Source of the DNA: Candidatus Bathyarchaeota archaeon
Lineage (GTDB): Archaea; Thermoproteota; Bathyarchaeia; Bathyarchaeales; Bathycorpusculaceae
Assembly: GCA_963717465.1 (NCBI GenBank)
Contig: OY970340.1
Location: forward strand, 2,048,001-2,112,000
Direction: 5' to 3'
DNA: 64,000 nt
Below the pieces are notes generated by a model. It saw only the letters and a program-made list of their open reading frames with translations. It was not told the DNA's origin and did no database searches. The position numbers were made by a program, and so were the translations under genes. Below are positions 21,419-33,226 of the stretch, one piece after another (position 1 is the stretch's first letter; each line of letters opens with the position of its first letter).

Positions 21419-22174
21419 CTATTTCTTTAATTCTTCAACCAATTCTTCAACATGCTCGATAATGTACTCGTTTATTTTTTTGCCCTTTTCCTCTGTTGCC
21501 AACGTGGGGTCGCCATGCACGCCGCTTGGGAAAAACCGTTCTGGATCAGCAACAACCTCAAACCGCGGCATTTTTGAAGGAGCAGGTTTATGCGGATTCT
21601 TGACAATTTCAGGTTTAATTGCCATGACCCGGGAAGTCTCAATAGCTCCCGCGTGACCATCGTTTTCCGGAGCATACTTGGATCTTAATTCCTCAGCAAA
21701 ATCGTAATCTGACAAAACCATTATACGAGTTTTCTTGTCTGGCTTTTCTTTGTTTTTGTCTACAACCGTTTGTGCCGCAAGCCGCAGCGCCACCATATGT
21801 GATTGACCTGCATGGCCACTAAGCACAATAATTCTTGTAAAACCATTCCGCACCAATTCGGATAGTACATCTAACGCCAAATTGTAAAGCGTGTTAAATT
21901 GAATAGTTAAAGTACCCTGAAAATTCCTTGCTGCGTTACAAATGCCATACCTCAGAGGTGGAGCGACAAGGCAACCCGTTTTCTTGGCAACTTCCAAGGC
22001 AACATATTCAGGTTGCAGGCTGTCAGTGCCAAGGGGTAAGTGATCGCCGTGTTCTTCAACGCTTCCAACAGGAAAAATAACCACAGTGCCCTTTGACGCG
22101 GCTTTTTCTGCTTCTTTCGTGGTTAATTCGTCAAACCATAAATGCTTCTGATTAGATCTTGATTCCTTTGTCAT
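21419..22174 (-). CDS. Creatininase / creatinine amidohydrolase family protein
   Basis: PVGSVEEHGDHLPLGTD, SGHAG, HAGAIETS, GVHGDP. Confidence 0.9.
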   Translation of the reverse strand: MTKESRSNQKHLWFDELTTKEAEKAASKGTVVIFPVGSVEEHGDHLPLGTDSLQPEYVALEVAKKTGCLVAPPLRYGICNAARNFQGTLTIQFNTLYNLALDVLSELVRNGFTRIIVLSGHAGQSHMVALRLAAQTVVDKNKEKPDKKTRIMVLSDYDFAEELRSKYAPENDGHAGAIETSRVMAIKPEIVKNPHKPAPSKMPRFEVVADPERFFPSGVHGDPTLATEEKGKKINEYIIEHVEELVEELKK

Positions 22175-22286
22175 ATGTTAAGAGTGAATGCTTGGGTTTT
22201 TCTGTTTTTCGGAAGCATTCAAGCATTAATCTTCAAGTTTTGTAGCGTTTGCTTGTGCAGGTTTAAATAATTCATGTGAGACTCAT

Positions 22287-23150
22287 TTGACTATGGGTTT
22301 CAGATCTCAAACGGGTTCACGAAGAGGTTCAAGCGGGAAATTTCAGAAGTCCAACCACGAAAAAGCAAAGATGAGAGAGCGCAAAAACAAATCGGGCAAA
22401 AACCAATTTCAAGAAGAAGCTCCTGCGCCTTCCTTAAAAGAACTTGAGGATAAAACTGTTGAGAGCTTAAATCGTTTGGGCCACCAAACTTTTGCATTGT
22501 CGCCCTTTAGCCAATACTTTGATGATTGGTTGGTAAGTCTTAAGCAAGTTGTTTCAGAGTTTGAATCAAACCCAAACGTTAACGCAGATGACTTGTTCAT
22601 TAAGGAACGCTCTCAAGTATTCATCGATATTGAAAGCAGCTTTGCTGAAAACCGAATTCAAGAATCAGACATAGCTAAAGTAAACAGTTCTTTATCGGAG
22701 AATAATCATCAATTAGTCGAGTTAGACGCTGAATACGCCGCAAAAAACAGGGAACTCGACGGAAAACGTAATTTAGATATTCAAATTTTAACCCATAGAA
22801 TCCATGACTACGAAATTGAATCAGACGTCCATAAAAATAAAGCAACAAAAGGTTTTAATCCATTCGCTAGAAGGACAGCTGCGCAAAAACTTGTATTAAT
22901 CAATCAAGACTTGACTGCTGCAAAGAACGAGTTAGAAGTCACTTTACAAAACTTCAAAATCGAACAGGAAAAACTTCACGATAACTACGAGATAAAAAAA
23001 CAAGAAGTTATAGCGAAAGTTGAAAGTTTACAAAAAGAACTTGAAAAACTTGAAATTGACAATTCAATAAGTGCTAGAGCAAGCAGCATGCAACGCATTT
23101 ATCAACGCCATTAAAGCACTAAACGAAAGGACGCAGCCAAAAGCCAATTG
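22287..23150 (+). CDS. Coiled-coil hypothetical protein (C-terminal frameshift likely)
   Basis: Heptad-rich E/K/L sequence; another frame continues to TGA at ~23150. Confidence 0.6.
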
Positions 23151-23337
23151 ACGCATTAAACACGTTACCAACGTTAATTTTTAGTGTAATTGGCTTGCTT
23201 TTGATTTCACACCTGAAAGCCTTGCGAACAGCCGATTAAGAAAAACTGAAGACCTAATTTTCTGCAATACCTTTTTTAATCATTATTTTTCTTTTTATTC
23301 GCGGTGCAAAAGAACGGCAGCAAAAAATTGGATTCCT

Positions 23338-24342
23338 ATGGATGGAGATACGTTCGTTACTAAAGACGGATTTATCCTAAACACCTTTGGTTATGAGCAT
23401 CCTGAAGATCGCGTTTTTGCGTTTCTAAAATACATTCCAGCGCAGTTCAAAGAGATGTTCCAAGTGGAAATGCTCGAGCGAACCTGGAAATTTGGGGAAA
23501 ATACCCTATTCCGCGCAGAGAAGCTGTACACAGCCAAAAACTACAAGTCTTTTATCGAGACATTTCGCAAGAATTTTCCTGATTACCTGTATTTTTGTCC
23601 CTTTAGAAATAGAGAAATAATTACTACACCTTTAAAGTTAATTGAGCATGTTTTCGTTCCACGCGAACGTTTAGTTTGGCTTGAAAATCTTAAAAAACGT
23701 GACACTTTACAGCAAATGGCTCTGGATTTAATTCATTTAATTTCCGAAGAATCGACTGTGAGCTTTAGTGATTTAGGAGTTCACGGGTCCATTGCTTTGA
23801 ACATGCATGCTCCAGAATCAGACATTGACTTCGTAGTGTACGGGTCAGAGAATTTTCGACTCGTGGAATCTGCCATTGCACGGCTAGTTAATGCTGGAAA
23901 ATTAACGTATCTTGCCAGCAACAGGATTGAAGCTGCACGAAAATTCCAAGGACGCTACCAAAACAAAATTTTCATGTACAACGCCACAATGCAGTTTGAC
24001 GATGCTAAAAACATCAAATATGGGGCTTATCGGTACGTAGCATTGGATCCCGTGCAATTCAAATGCACCGTGTGCGAGGACTCCCAGACTATGTTTCGCC
24101 CAGCATTCTACAAGATATCTGGTTATAAACCCTTAAATTCAATATCAGAACTGCCGCCTGAAAAAACTCCCATCCAAGTCATGTCAAACATCGGCTGCTA
24201 CCGAAACATCGCCCGCAAAGGCAGCGAAATTAAAGTTGCTGGAAAACTTGAACGTGTCGAATCAACCAAAAACAACGAAGCCTTCTACCAGGTAGCTGTG
24301 GGAACAGCAACTTCAGAGGAAGAATACCTTTGGCTAGTTTAA
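23338..24342 (+). CDS. Archaeal Pol-beta-like nucleotidyltransferase (COG1665-like), paralog 1
   Basis: FGYEHP, GVHGS...SDIDFVVYG catalytic motif, OB-like C-terminus (GKLERV). Confidence 0.8.
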   Translation: MDGDTFVTKDGFILNTFGYEHPEDRVFAFLKYIPAQFKEMFQVEMLERTWKFGENTLFRAEKLYTAKNYKSFIETFRKNFPDYLYFCPFRNREIITTPLKLIEHVFVPRERLVWLENLKKRDTLQQMALDLIHLISEESTVSFSDLGVHGSIALNMHAPESDIDFVVYGSENFRLVESAIARLVNAGKLTYLASNRIEAARKFQGRYQNKIFMYNATMQFDDAKNIKYGAYRYVALDPVQFKCTVCEDSQTMFRPAFYKISGYKPLNSISELPPEKTPIQVMSNIGCYRNIARKGSEIKVAGKLERVESTKNNEAFYQVAVGTATSEEEYLWLV

Positions 24343-25403
24343 GACTACGAGACCGCGATGGCATCCTTACCCAGGAAGGTTTCATATTTCGCGTCTTCGG
24401 CTACTCTCATCCAGCAGACGCTTATATTTGCGATGCCGAATATGCATCGGAAAAAATTTTTAAATCAACAGATCCCCGAGCCCCAAGAACAGGTGCAAAC
24501 CAAACTTACTACAAGTTTTATGATGATGAAGGCTGGAAGCTTATTTCCGCAAAATTCCCAAAATACACCATTCTGCATGAAATGCTTGACAAAAAAATTG
24601 TCGGCGTAAACGAATCAGATATTGCTGAAACAAGAAAACCTGAAAAAAGATTACAAGAAATGATTAAGCGCGGACCTAACGACGTGTTGGAAAAGGCTTC
24701 TTTGAATGTCCTTAATGTTTGCCTTGAAAACTCAGGTTTAGTGTCTCCGAATTTTGGCGTTTTCGGTTCGATGCTTCATAATTTTCATCATCCCAAATTT
24801 TCGGATATTGACCTTGTAGTTTACGGAAAAAAAGAAAATACTGCTATGAGAAAAACGCTCGAATCCATGTATGCGGATAAGGGTTCAGGCTTTAGAAACG
24901 AGTTTGAGTCAGAGCAGGCGATGGCGGGTAAACGTTGGCGTTTTAAGAATTTTGATGTTGCAGATTTTGTTTGGCATCAGAGGCGCAAACAGATTTATGG
25001 TTTATTCGATGATACAGCGTCGAGCGGTAGAGTGATAAAGGCGGAATTTGAGCCAGTAAAGGCTTACAGCGAAATCTCTTCGGAGTATGACGTTTCAGGA
25101 AGGATTTCAGTGAAAGGCTGGACAAGAATAAAGGCGCGAGTGGTAGCTGATGATGATTCGCCATTTATTCCCTCAGTTTACCGTATTGAACCTTTAGAAG
25201 TGCTCACTGGACCCAAAGAAGCAATTGAAGCAGTAAGAGTTTTCTCTTACATGGAAGAGTTTCGTTTACAGGCACGAAAAGATGAAGAGATTATTGTTGA
25301 AGGCAACTTGGAAGAAGTAACATCTCCGAAAGGCAGCTTTCACCAAGTCACCTTGACTTATTGCCCACGTTACTATGAGCAAGTATTGAAAGTTCTGCAT
25401 TAG
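24330..25403 (+). CDS. Archaeal nucleotidyltransferase, paralog 2
   Basis: FGYSHP, GVFGS...[15 protein letters not shown]. Confidence 0.8.
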   Translation: MASLRLRDRDGILTQEGFIFRVFGYSHPADAYICDAEYASEKIFKSTDPRAPRTGANQTYYKFYDDEGWKLISAKFPKYTILHEMLDKKIVGVNESDIAETRKPEKRLQEMIKRGPNDVLEKASLNVLNVCLENSGLVSPNFGVFGSMLHNFHHPKFSDIDLVVYGKKENTAMRKTLESMYADKGSGFRNEFESEQAMAGKRWRFKNFDVADFVWHQRRKQIYGLFDDTASSGRVIKAEFEPVKAYSEISSEYDVSGRISVKGWTRIKARVVADDDSPFIPSVYRIEPLEVLTGPKEAIEAVRVFSYMEEFRLQARKDEEIIVEGNLEEVTSPKGSFHQVTLTYCPRYYEQVLKVLH

Positions 25404-26420
25404 TGCTGTGAAAGAATCATGTAATCTTCAGGCTTATTGCCCAACATCAAACGATAATATTCACTAGAAGTTTTCTTGTTGTTTACCAATTCAATTTTAC
25501 CCTGCGCTTCTATTACTTCGCCGTTTTTTGCGTGTTCACAGAATCTGCCGCGAAAAGATACAACTTCTTTAATCGGTGCCAGTTTTGGTCCTTCTAAAAC
25601 TTTTACGTTATTGATTTGGTAAGTGCAAGGAGTAAAAAGTGAATCTGCATCGTCAATTATCGTGGCTAAAATTTTAGCGTAGCCACAGTTCTTGTACAGA
25701 ATGTCTCCGTACTGTTCGGTGTTTTCATCCCAATTCTTCACGAAGCGGACAAAATAGTCAGTTTGCATGTATTTGCCTTGGAAGGCTTTTCGATTTTCCA
25801 CTTTTTCGAAGTCTTCGAAGCTCATCTTAGTATCTTTCGAACGAAAATCGAAGAGCTCAAGCAGTTCTTTTTCAGTATATAGTCTTGAAGTTAGAGTTTT
25901 GATTTTTACGCAAATCCTGAAGGGCAGCATACGCTTTTCGGCAATTTAGGGTACCGTAGACTACTGGGTCAATATCTGATTTAACAGTATATAATCCTGC
26001 AAGGATTGAACCAGAAATTCCAATCGCACTCCATGGAATGCCTGCTTGACTCTTAAGATCGATAGCCAACTGCAATGCTTTTTTCTCTAAGCCATCCAAT
26101 TCTTTGCTTTCTCGTAATTCCTGCAGTTTTTTGCTTGGCTGATAGTGCTCAGCTACTTCGGTTGTTGGCACTTCGCAGAGGGTTTCACCGAAAACGGGGT
26201 CAGGTACAATGAGGTTTGGCAGGTTCTCTTGAAGAAATTTGAATCGTTCACTTAAACTGTAGATTTTGCCGTAATTGCCGTTTTTTCCTTGTCTTGGACC
26301 TTGATTCATAGGGATGAATCTTGGAAAAGCAACAATCTTATCTGGAGGATGAACTAGTCCTTTAACGTCAAATATTACGTTACTTCTTGTTCTTATCAAA
26401 TCGCCTTCACATGCATTCAT
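25400..26420 (-). CDS. Archaeal nucleotidyltransferase, paralog 3 (frameshift ~25880)
   Basis: KGLVHPP, GISGS...SDIDPVVYG in 25872-26420; SFRGRF...GKIELV in 25400-25930. Confidence 0.8.
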
Positions 26421-26525
26421 GTCGGTTGTCCTCTATCATTGTAATATTGTTCAATTGTTTGTAATTTTTTACATAATATTAATAAAGCTTTTATTAAACC
26501 TCTATAGCCTTGTCGTGCAATTTCA

Positions 26526-27473
26526 ATGGAAAACTGCGAAAAAGCAAAGCATATTTCCAGATGTTTACAATTGGCGATACTGCTTGAAGTCAGCGCTGAC
26601 AAACCTGGAAACGTAAATTTCGTAGTAGGTTTTGAAGGAACCCGAGTTGAACATTTCTTGGCCTCAGCCGTTGCTGCAGTGTCATCATTTCAGGAGGCTG
26701 CTTACCGGGGAATAGAAGTAGCAGAAAAGAAACGAGCTATTAGCAACGCTGGCTTAGGTGAACTCATAAAAGCGGGTATTGCTGAGATAAGTGAATGGCA
26801 AACTGGCGGAAACACATTGCTAGGAACGATAATGTTGTTTGCACCACTTGCAGTTGCCGCTGGCATGACGCCGACAAGAGAAAAATACGTTTATGATTTT
26901 CAAGAGTTAAGAGCTAACCTTGATTTAGCGATTAAATCCACAACAGCTCAAGATTCAGTTGCAGTTTATGAAGCCATAGAAATAGCAAAGCCAAGCGGGC
27001 TTAATAGTGCACCAGACCTCAGTGTTAAAGACCCCAGCTCCAAAAAACGGTTAATTAAGGAAAATGTTTCGCTCTACAAAGCTTTTAGCATCGGTAAAGA
27101 TTTTGATGACATTTGCTCTGAGTACGTAAATAATTATCCGATAACCTTTGAGTGTGCTTATCCTCATTTGATGAAGCAACTGAAAAGTACGGATTTAAAC
27201 ACGGCCATCGTTAACACTTTCCTAAAAGTTCTCTCCGAATATCCAGACACGTTCATTTCAAGAAAAGTCGGCTTGGAAAAAGCTCGTGATGTTTCAAGCG
27301 ATGCCAAAAAAGTTTTAGAGCTTGGCGGCGTCGAAACTGAAGACGGCAAACAGTGCCTGATAGCGTTTGATCGGAAACTACGCAAAGCTGGGAACGATTA
27401 TAATCCCGGAACAACTGCGGATATAACGGCTGCTGCATTGGCGCTTTGCACTCTAAGCGGTTATAGACCATGA
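26526..27473 (+). CDS. citG: CitG-like triphosphoribosyl-dephospho-CoA synthase family protein
   Basis: LEVSADKPGNV, NTLLG, DTFISRKVG, NPGTTAD. Confidence 0.88.
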   Translation: MENCEKAKHISRCLQLAILLEVSADKPGNVNFVVGFEGTRVEHFLASAVAAVSSFQEAAYRGIEVAEKKRAISNAGLGELIKAGIAEISEWQTGGNTLLGTIMLFAPLAVAAGMTPTREKYVYDFQELRANLDLAIKSTTAQDSVAVYEAIEIAKPSGLNSAPDLSVKDPSSKKRLIKENVSLYKAFSIGKDFDDICSEYVNNYPITFECAYPHLMKQLKSTDLNTAIVNTFLKVLSEYPDTFISRKVGLEKARDVSSDAKKVLELGGVETEDGKQCLIAFDRKLRKAGNDYNPGTTADITAAALALCTLSGYRP

Positions 27474-27549
27474 TTAATAGCGCAATTTTTCTTGCTTTAA
27501 TTTAAATACTAAAATAAAATCAGTAATATGACAAATCAATTAAGGTGAA

Positions 27550-28517
27550 ATGTTACGGGCAAAATTATAAGCGTAAATCAGTTAGCATGGAAACTTTCCC
27601 AAAAACTAATTGATAACCCAGAAATCCTCGGCGTAGAAGTATATAAGTCATCTGCGGGAGCCACCATTGTAGATGCTGGCATTAAGGCGCCTGGCGGTTT
27701 TCAAGCTGGGAAACTCTTAACGGAGTTGTGCATGGGTGGCGCTGGAAAAGTCACATTAGGCTTCAAATCCTATGGAGAATTAACGTTTCCTTCAATAACC
27801 GTATGTACAGATCATCCTGCGATTGCGTTGTTGGGCTCTCAGTTTGCAGGCTGGCGCATCAAAGAAGGCGAAGCAATAGCCATCGGTTCAGGTCCCGCAC
27901 GTGCTTTAGCTTTGAAACCCAAGGAAGTTTATGAAGAGATCGGCTATACTGATGCAAGTGACAAAGCAGTGCTTACGCTGGAAAGCAATACCCTTCCGTC
28001 GGATGCGCTTGTTGAGAAAGTTGTTGGTGCCTGCAAGATTTCGGCTCAAAACTTAATCATTGTGGTTGCTCCAACTGCAAGTATTGCAGGTTTAACGCAA
28101 GTTACTGGAAGAGTTGTTGAAGTTGGTATTCACAAACTTCGAACCCTTGGATTAAACCCCAAAGTAATTCGTTACGCATGGGGTTTTGCTCCAATTTCCC
28201 CGTTAGGCACAGACTTCGAGGTAGCAATGGCGAGAACAAACGATGCTATCTTGTACGGAGGAACAGTCTACTGCACGGTCGATTTTGATGATGAAGCAGC
28301 GTTGCAAAAAATGGTTGAGGCTGCGCCGTCAATTAAGTCAAAAGATTATGGCAAACCATTCCTGCAGATTTTCCGCGAGGCAGGCCGAGACTTCTACAAA
28401 ATTGATCACAACTTGTTCGCTCCAGCCGTAATCATGATAAACAACGCTAAGACAGGCAACACTTTCAAGGCGGGACAAATCAACACTAAGGTCTTAAGCG
28501 AAAGCTTAGGTCTTTAA
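27550..28517 (+). CDS. mch: Methenyltetrahydromethanopterin cyclohydrolase (N-terminal frameshift)
   Basis: Frame open from ~27560: ISVN...GATIVDAG...ELCMGG, SQFAGW, GSGPARAL, RTNDAILYGG, DFYKID.NLFAPA. Confidence 0.95.
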
Positions 28518-28562
28518 ACTATCTTTGTTATTTTAAGTGACCTAATTTTTCATGCTTGAGCA

Positions 28563-28579
28563 GATTAAATTTTAATCCC
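28563..28579. repeat. 17-bp near-palindrome, copy 1
   Basis: GATTAAATTTTAATCCC, identical to 29624-29640. Confidence 0.7.
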
Positions 28580-28803
28580 ACACAACACAAAACAAAAAGA
28601 AATTGGGTGAGTCTGTAAAAGAACTCGTTTTGGGCGTTTATAATAAAACCTTAGGACAGCCAATGCCAGCAGCACGAAACTACTATAATTGTGGTTCGTG
28701 TCGGTTTTTCTTAGCGGAAAATATCGGGCCAGTATTCAACGTGATTGTAGGATCCAGTGAAGAATCTTTTTAAACTAATCCAGTATGAAATAATTGAAGA
28801 ATT

Positions 28804-29349
28804 ATGGTTCAAATGAATTTTTTTGAAAAATTTTTTGTTAATCGGTTTAATGAATTTCGGGTTCCCCGAACCGTTTTTTCTATGCTGAAGGGAGCAAACC
28901 TGCAAATCAGTGGGTTATTCTTGGAAATTGGTGCAGGATTAGGCTATACATCTTTAAAGATATTTGATAAATATCATCCAGAAAAAGTTGTAATAACCGA
29001 TTATGATCCAAATCAAGTTAAAGACGCGGAACGATATGCGTTAAAAAAATATGGCTCGGTGCCATCAGAAATTCACTTTCAACGAGAAGATGCGTTGCAA
29101 CTCTCCTTTGAAGATGAGACCTTTGATTTTGTATTAGGGACATTATGTTTTCATCATATCGAAACTCGGGTTCTCGATTTTGTAAATACGCCTAAAGCAT
29201 TAGAACAGATTTATCGCGTCTTAAAACCAAATGGACATTTTATCTATTGGGATCGCTATAACAGAGATAAAATCGATGAATTCTTTCTCAGTCATGGGGG
29301 TTCGATTCAATATTCTGGAAGAGGAAAAGCCATTTATCGAAAAACTTAG
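28804..29349 (+). CDS. Class I SAM-dependent methyltransferase
   Basis: LEIGAGLG, DALQLSFEDETFD, RVLKPNG. Confidence 0.9.
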   Translation: MVQMNFFEKFFVNRFNEFRVPRTVFSMLKGANLQISGLFLEIGAGLGYTSLKIFDKYHPEKVVITDYDPNQVKDAERYALKKYGSVPSEIHFQREDALQLSFEDETFDFVLGTLCFHHIETRVLDFVNTPKALEQIYRVLKPNGHFIYWDRYNRDKIDEFFLSHGGSIQYSGRGKAIYRKT

Positions 29350-29623
29350 GATTAACTAGGGATGAAAAGCGCGCTAGTGCGAGCGCTGAACGAGAAGAGC
29401 GATAGTGAAGGAATTTCTTTTGTCTCGTCTCCCCCATAGCGAGCAACTGCCGTAACGCCCGGAAGGCAACCGTCTTTTTTTTGTTTGTGAGTTATGTGTT
29501 ATACTGTATTCTATATACTCAATATACTCATATTTCCAATCTTCTAATTGTATTCGTGTGATGAAGGGATATTAGAAGAGAAGGATTAGGATGAGGATTA
29601 GGATATAAGAAGGGTTGGATTGG

Positions 29624-29640
29624 GATTAAATTTTAATCCC
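29624..29640. repeat. 17-bp near-palindrome, copy 2
   Basis: GATTAAATTTTAATCCC inside a longer imperfect inverted repeat GGGTTGGATTGGGATTAAA/TTTAATCCCCAAACCC. Confidence 0.7.
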
Positions 29641-29933
29641 CAAACCCAAACGATAACACTCACGATGATAATACGGCGACGATAACACTTACGAGGTCAA
29701 TGATGACCACCATCACCACTACAATAAGTGCACGTCGAAGATGTCGCATTGAGCTGACAAAGATATCACACATAGAGATAACAATTAGAGATGAACACTA
29801 TTAAATTAAACGATAAACAAATAGATGATAACTCTTAAACATAGCATAAACTTCAAGGTCTTTTAGATTTTGGAGTTATGATTCATAAGTTATTTAAGTT
29901 TATAGTATTCAAAAGGGCTTAAGGTGTAAAACG

Positions 29934-30425
29934 TTGCCTTTAGAAGATCATTTGTTGCCTAAGGAAAATATACGATATCAAAGCGATTTTAATGTAGAAT
30001 ATGGTGGCAAAGTCTATACATTAATTCTAACCGATGTTCGACTAGTATTGTATGCTCGTAGAGGCTTAGTTTTCAAAGGTGATGATGTTGTAACTGAGGC
30101 GATTAGAGACGTGCAAGGAATAAAATATAAGGAAACTGGCATGCTTACTAAGACCTCACATCTTATTGTCCAAAGTAAAACAACAATCGACCTAATCGGT
30201 AAACAGAGCTCAATTAAAACATTGTATCAACGGCTACTGCCTTTTCTATCGCCAGAACTTCGGCAACCTGCACCAAATATGTATATGCCTCCAACTCCAT
30301 CAGCTTACCAAATTCCAGCACAACAAACATCTTATGCCTCTTCCAAATTCTGTCCTAATTGCGGGATACAATTATCATCAAATAGTAGATTTTGTCATAA
30401 TTGTGGCAAGCCCAGTGCGAGTTAG
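29934..30425 (+). CDS. PH-like domain plus zinc-ribbon protein
   Basis: LILTDVRLVLY PH-like signature, Pro-rich linker, FCPNCG...FCHNCG. Confidence 0.75.
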   Translation: MPLEDHLLPKENIRYQSDFNVEYGGKVYTLILTDVRLVLYARRGLVFKGDDVVTEAIRDVQGIKYKETGMLTKTSHLIVQSKTTIDLIGKQSSIKTLYQRLLPFLSPELRQPAPNMYMPPTPSAYQIPAQQTSYASSKFCPNCGIQLSSNSRFCHNCGKPSAS

Positions 30426-30430
30426 CCAAG

Positions 30431-30940
30431 ATGGATAAACAAACCTTTCAAGGGTATAATTGCGACCTTGCTCAATTACAAAACAATGTGGCAACTTACT
30501 TTATTGGAAGATGTTATAAAGTCACGAATTTTTATAAAGAAAAAATGTATTTGACTCAAGCTTATAAAAATCAAATGGGAAGCAAAACAATTATTTGTCA
30601 AATACAAGGTATTCATGAAAATTTTGATGTATCAATAGGATTATCCGTAAAAATAATGAATATAAATGCTCTGCAGCCACTTGAAAAAATACCGTTTGAC
30701 ATCAAAGTTCTATTAGGTGAACCACTTTTAGAAAGGACTTTCTTGAATTATATCCTTACTCAAGTAGAATTAAATAGGAATACTTTTGAACTTTTGAATA
30801 CTGATAACTCACGGTTAGCTTCAATCTGGAAGGAGAGAGAAATAGTTAGAGAAATTGAAGTTGTCTATTGCAGATATTGTGGTGCCAAGAATAACGCAAG
30901 ACAAACAAATTGCACTAAGTGCAATGCTACTTTACATTGA
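30431..30940 (+). CDS. Zinc-ribbon domain protein
   Basis: C-terminal CRYCG...CTKCNA. Confidence 0.65.
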   Translation: MDKQTFQGYNCDLAQLQNNVATYFIGRCYKVTNFYKEKMYLTQAYKNQMGSKTIICQIQGIHENFDVSIGLSVKIMNINALQPLEKIPFDIKVLLGEPLLERTFLNYILTQVELNRNTFELLNTDNSRLASIWKEREIVREIEVVYCRYCGAKNNARQTNCTKCNATLH

Positions 30941-31066
30941 TTTCATGATCAATCAAAAAACAAAAAAATAAGATTAGAGACGAGAATTCTCGGAATCCAC
31001 TCTTTTCATCCCTCAGATACTTTGCTATCAACAGAGCTTCTTCGTTGATTAATGTTTCAATTCGCG

Positions 31067-32344
31067 CTATTCATATCTCAAAGCATGCACGGGATCTAGC
31101 TTGGCTGCCTTTCGAGCTGGATATAGACCAAAGATTAAGCAGATGCCGATGGAGAACACCAGAGCAATAGCTGTCCATTCAGGCGAGAAAACGGGCGTAA
31201 TGGTGAGGCTAGTGCTTCCAGGTGAGCTAGATGATGAGACTTGAAATAATCCAGACACGCCGAATGCCAATGCATAAGAGAGTCCGTATCCCGTTATTAT
31301 TCCTATTAAGCCGCCGATTAAGCCTATCATCATCGTTTCTGTGAGGAACATGGAGAGAACAGTTCGACTTGTGGCGCCGATAGCTTTCATTATTCCAATT
31401 TCGCGGGTTCGCTCCATAACCGATACAGTCATTATATTCATGATGCCGACTCCTGCTACTATGAGTGATATTGACGCTACCGATAAAAGAAAAACCGTTA
31501 TCAAATTCAGAATGCCATTAACCTGATTTACTAGTGATGATGGAACAAATACTGTAATCGAGTAAGGCGGAAACTTACTCTCAATCGCATTAGACACGCT
31601 TTCAGCATTCTTTGAATTATCCACTTTTACAAGTATTAATTGATAGCCTCCACTTGCACTAACTCCTGGTATTTGTTCGATCGCTGTAGTTAATGGAATA
31701 AATGCCCAATAATCAAAATCAGTCAGTCCAGACGTTCCACCCTCGATAAGAACGCCAGTTATTGTAAATGTTTCATTGTAAAGATAATACGAGGTTCCAT
31801 TTGTGACCAACATTTGAAGAGTTACATTGTCACCAACGTTTGCAATCACTGTTCCGTTCAATCTTGCGGCATCATAACCAAGAACCATGCCATTGGGCGT
31901 CGATGAGTTAGGGAAGGACCCTCCAGATTGCAAGATAAACCTGTTGGAAAGCATTTCCTGCATTTCAGTAAAGTTTACAGCTCCAACCGTAAGTGCCCCC
32001 AGTTTCTCACCATCCAATGTCCTATTGACTTGCGCTCTTGGAAAAGTCATAACAGGAGTTGCCAAAGTCACATTATCTATTGACCTGATGGTGTTCACAT
32101 CACTCTGCGAAAATCCTGCACCATTCAGCCCAGCAGCAAAGCTTCCTGGAATTACTATCAAATTGTCTAGCTCAAATCCTTGCTGAAATTGACTGTTAAC
32201 AGCAAATCTAAGCCCATCGCCCAGCGAAGCCAATGCGATTATCGTTGTAATTCCTATTATAACGCCAAGCGTAGTCAATGAAGTTCGGAGTTTTCGCTTC
32301 TTCAAGTTATCCCACGCTATTGAAACCATTCTCCCTGTTCTCAC
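31067..32344 (-). CDS. ABC transporter permease (MacB/LolE/FtsX-like)
   Basis: RTSLTTLGVIIGI, GIMNIMTVSVMERTREIGIMKAIGA, PARKAAKLDP. Confidence 0.93.
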   Translation of the reverse strand: MRTGRMVSIAWDNLKKRKLRTSLTTLGVIIGITTIIALASLGDGLRFAVNSQFQQGFELDNLIVIPGSFAAGLNGAGFSQSDVNTIRSIDNVTLATPVMTFPRAQVNRTLDGEKLGALTVGAVNFTEMQEMLSNRFILQSGGSFPNSSTPNGMVLGYDAARLNGTVIANVGDNVTLQMLVTNGTSYYLYNETFTITGVLIEGGTSGLTDFDYWAFIPLTTAIEQIPGVSASGGYQLILVKVDNSKNAESVSNAIESKFPPYSITVFVPSSLVNQVNGILNLITVFLLSVASISLIVAGVGIMNIMTVSVMERTREIGIMKAIGATSRTVLSMFLTETMMIGLIGGLIGIITGYGLSYALAFGVSGLFQVSSSSSPGSTSLTITPVFSPEWTAIALVFSIGICLIFGLYPARKAAKLDPVHALRYE

Positions 32345-33045
32345 GGTCCAGTCCTCCCAGCATTTTCTTTGATATCTTCGATTAAACCATCCTTCAAGTT
32401 AACAACGCGGTCTGCACTTTCAGCAACTGTTGTGTCATGAGTTATTATTACTAGGGTGAGACCTTCTTCTTTGTTTAACTTACGCATTAGTTGAACGATT
32501 TCTCTGCCAATCTTAGTGTCAAGGTTCCCTGTAGGCTCGTCAGCCAAAATTATTTTTGGGTTATTTATGAGTGCTCTTGCTATTGCCACACGTTGTTGCT
32601 CTCCCCCGCTTAGTTCAGACGGACGGTGATCAACTCGTGATTCAAGACCAACGAGTTTCAGCGTCTTTTTTGCTCTTTCTCTTGACTCTTTTTCTGGCAA
32701 ATCAGCGATAGCTAACGGCAACTCCACGTTAGCTAACGCTGTTATTCGGGGCAACAGATTGAAAAATTGAAAAACAAAACCGATTTTCGTTAACCGCAGC
32801 TTTGCCAATTTGTCATTATCAAGCTGAAGAAGGTTTGAGCCATCGACGATGATGTCTCCTTCATCTGGGCGGTCTAAGCCTCCAATCAAGTGAAGCAATG
32901 TTGATTTCCCGCTGCCTGACGGTCCAAAAATGGTTAAGAATTCACCCTTATCTATATTAAAACTGACCCCTCGCAAAGCAGGCACAGAAACCTTCCCCAG
33001 TTGATATGCTTTCTTAACGCCTTTAACTTCGACAATGGGCACCAT
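32341..33045 (-). CDS. ABC transporter ATP-binding protein (LolD-like)
   Basis: [25 protein letters not shown]. Confidence 0.95.
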   Translation of the reverse strand: MVPIVEVKGVKKAYQLGKVSVPALRGVSFNIDKGEFLTIFGPSGSGKSTLLHLIGGLDRPDEGDIIVDGSNLLQLDNDKLAKLRLTKIGFVFQFFNLLPRITALANVELPLAIADLPEKESRERAKKTLKLVGLESRVDHRPSELSGGEQQRVAIARALINNPKIILADEPTGNLDTKIGREIVQLMRKLNKEEGLTLVIITHDTTVAESADRVVNLKDGLIEDIKENAGRTGP

Positions 33046-33226
33046 AACTAACCCAAGTTAACGTTTAGAAATAGAAAATCTGTAACTTCCATATTAAAGT
33101 TATTAAATTAAATGTCAACCAATTATTAATTGAGAATCAGTTGATTAATTCTGTTAGAATGCAGGTTAAGCTACTTCTAAATTCAAATTCTTTTCGAATC
33201 TTTGAAAAATAAGGGAGCGAACTGTG

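Noticed and set aside
29560..29760. CRISPR array or C/D-box sRNA (ATGATGA 29700...CTGA 29754)
   Set aside because: Repeats are short and irregular without spacers; no recognisable C'/D' boxes or verifiable guide.
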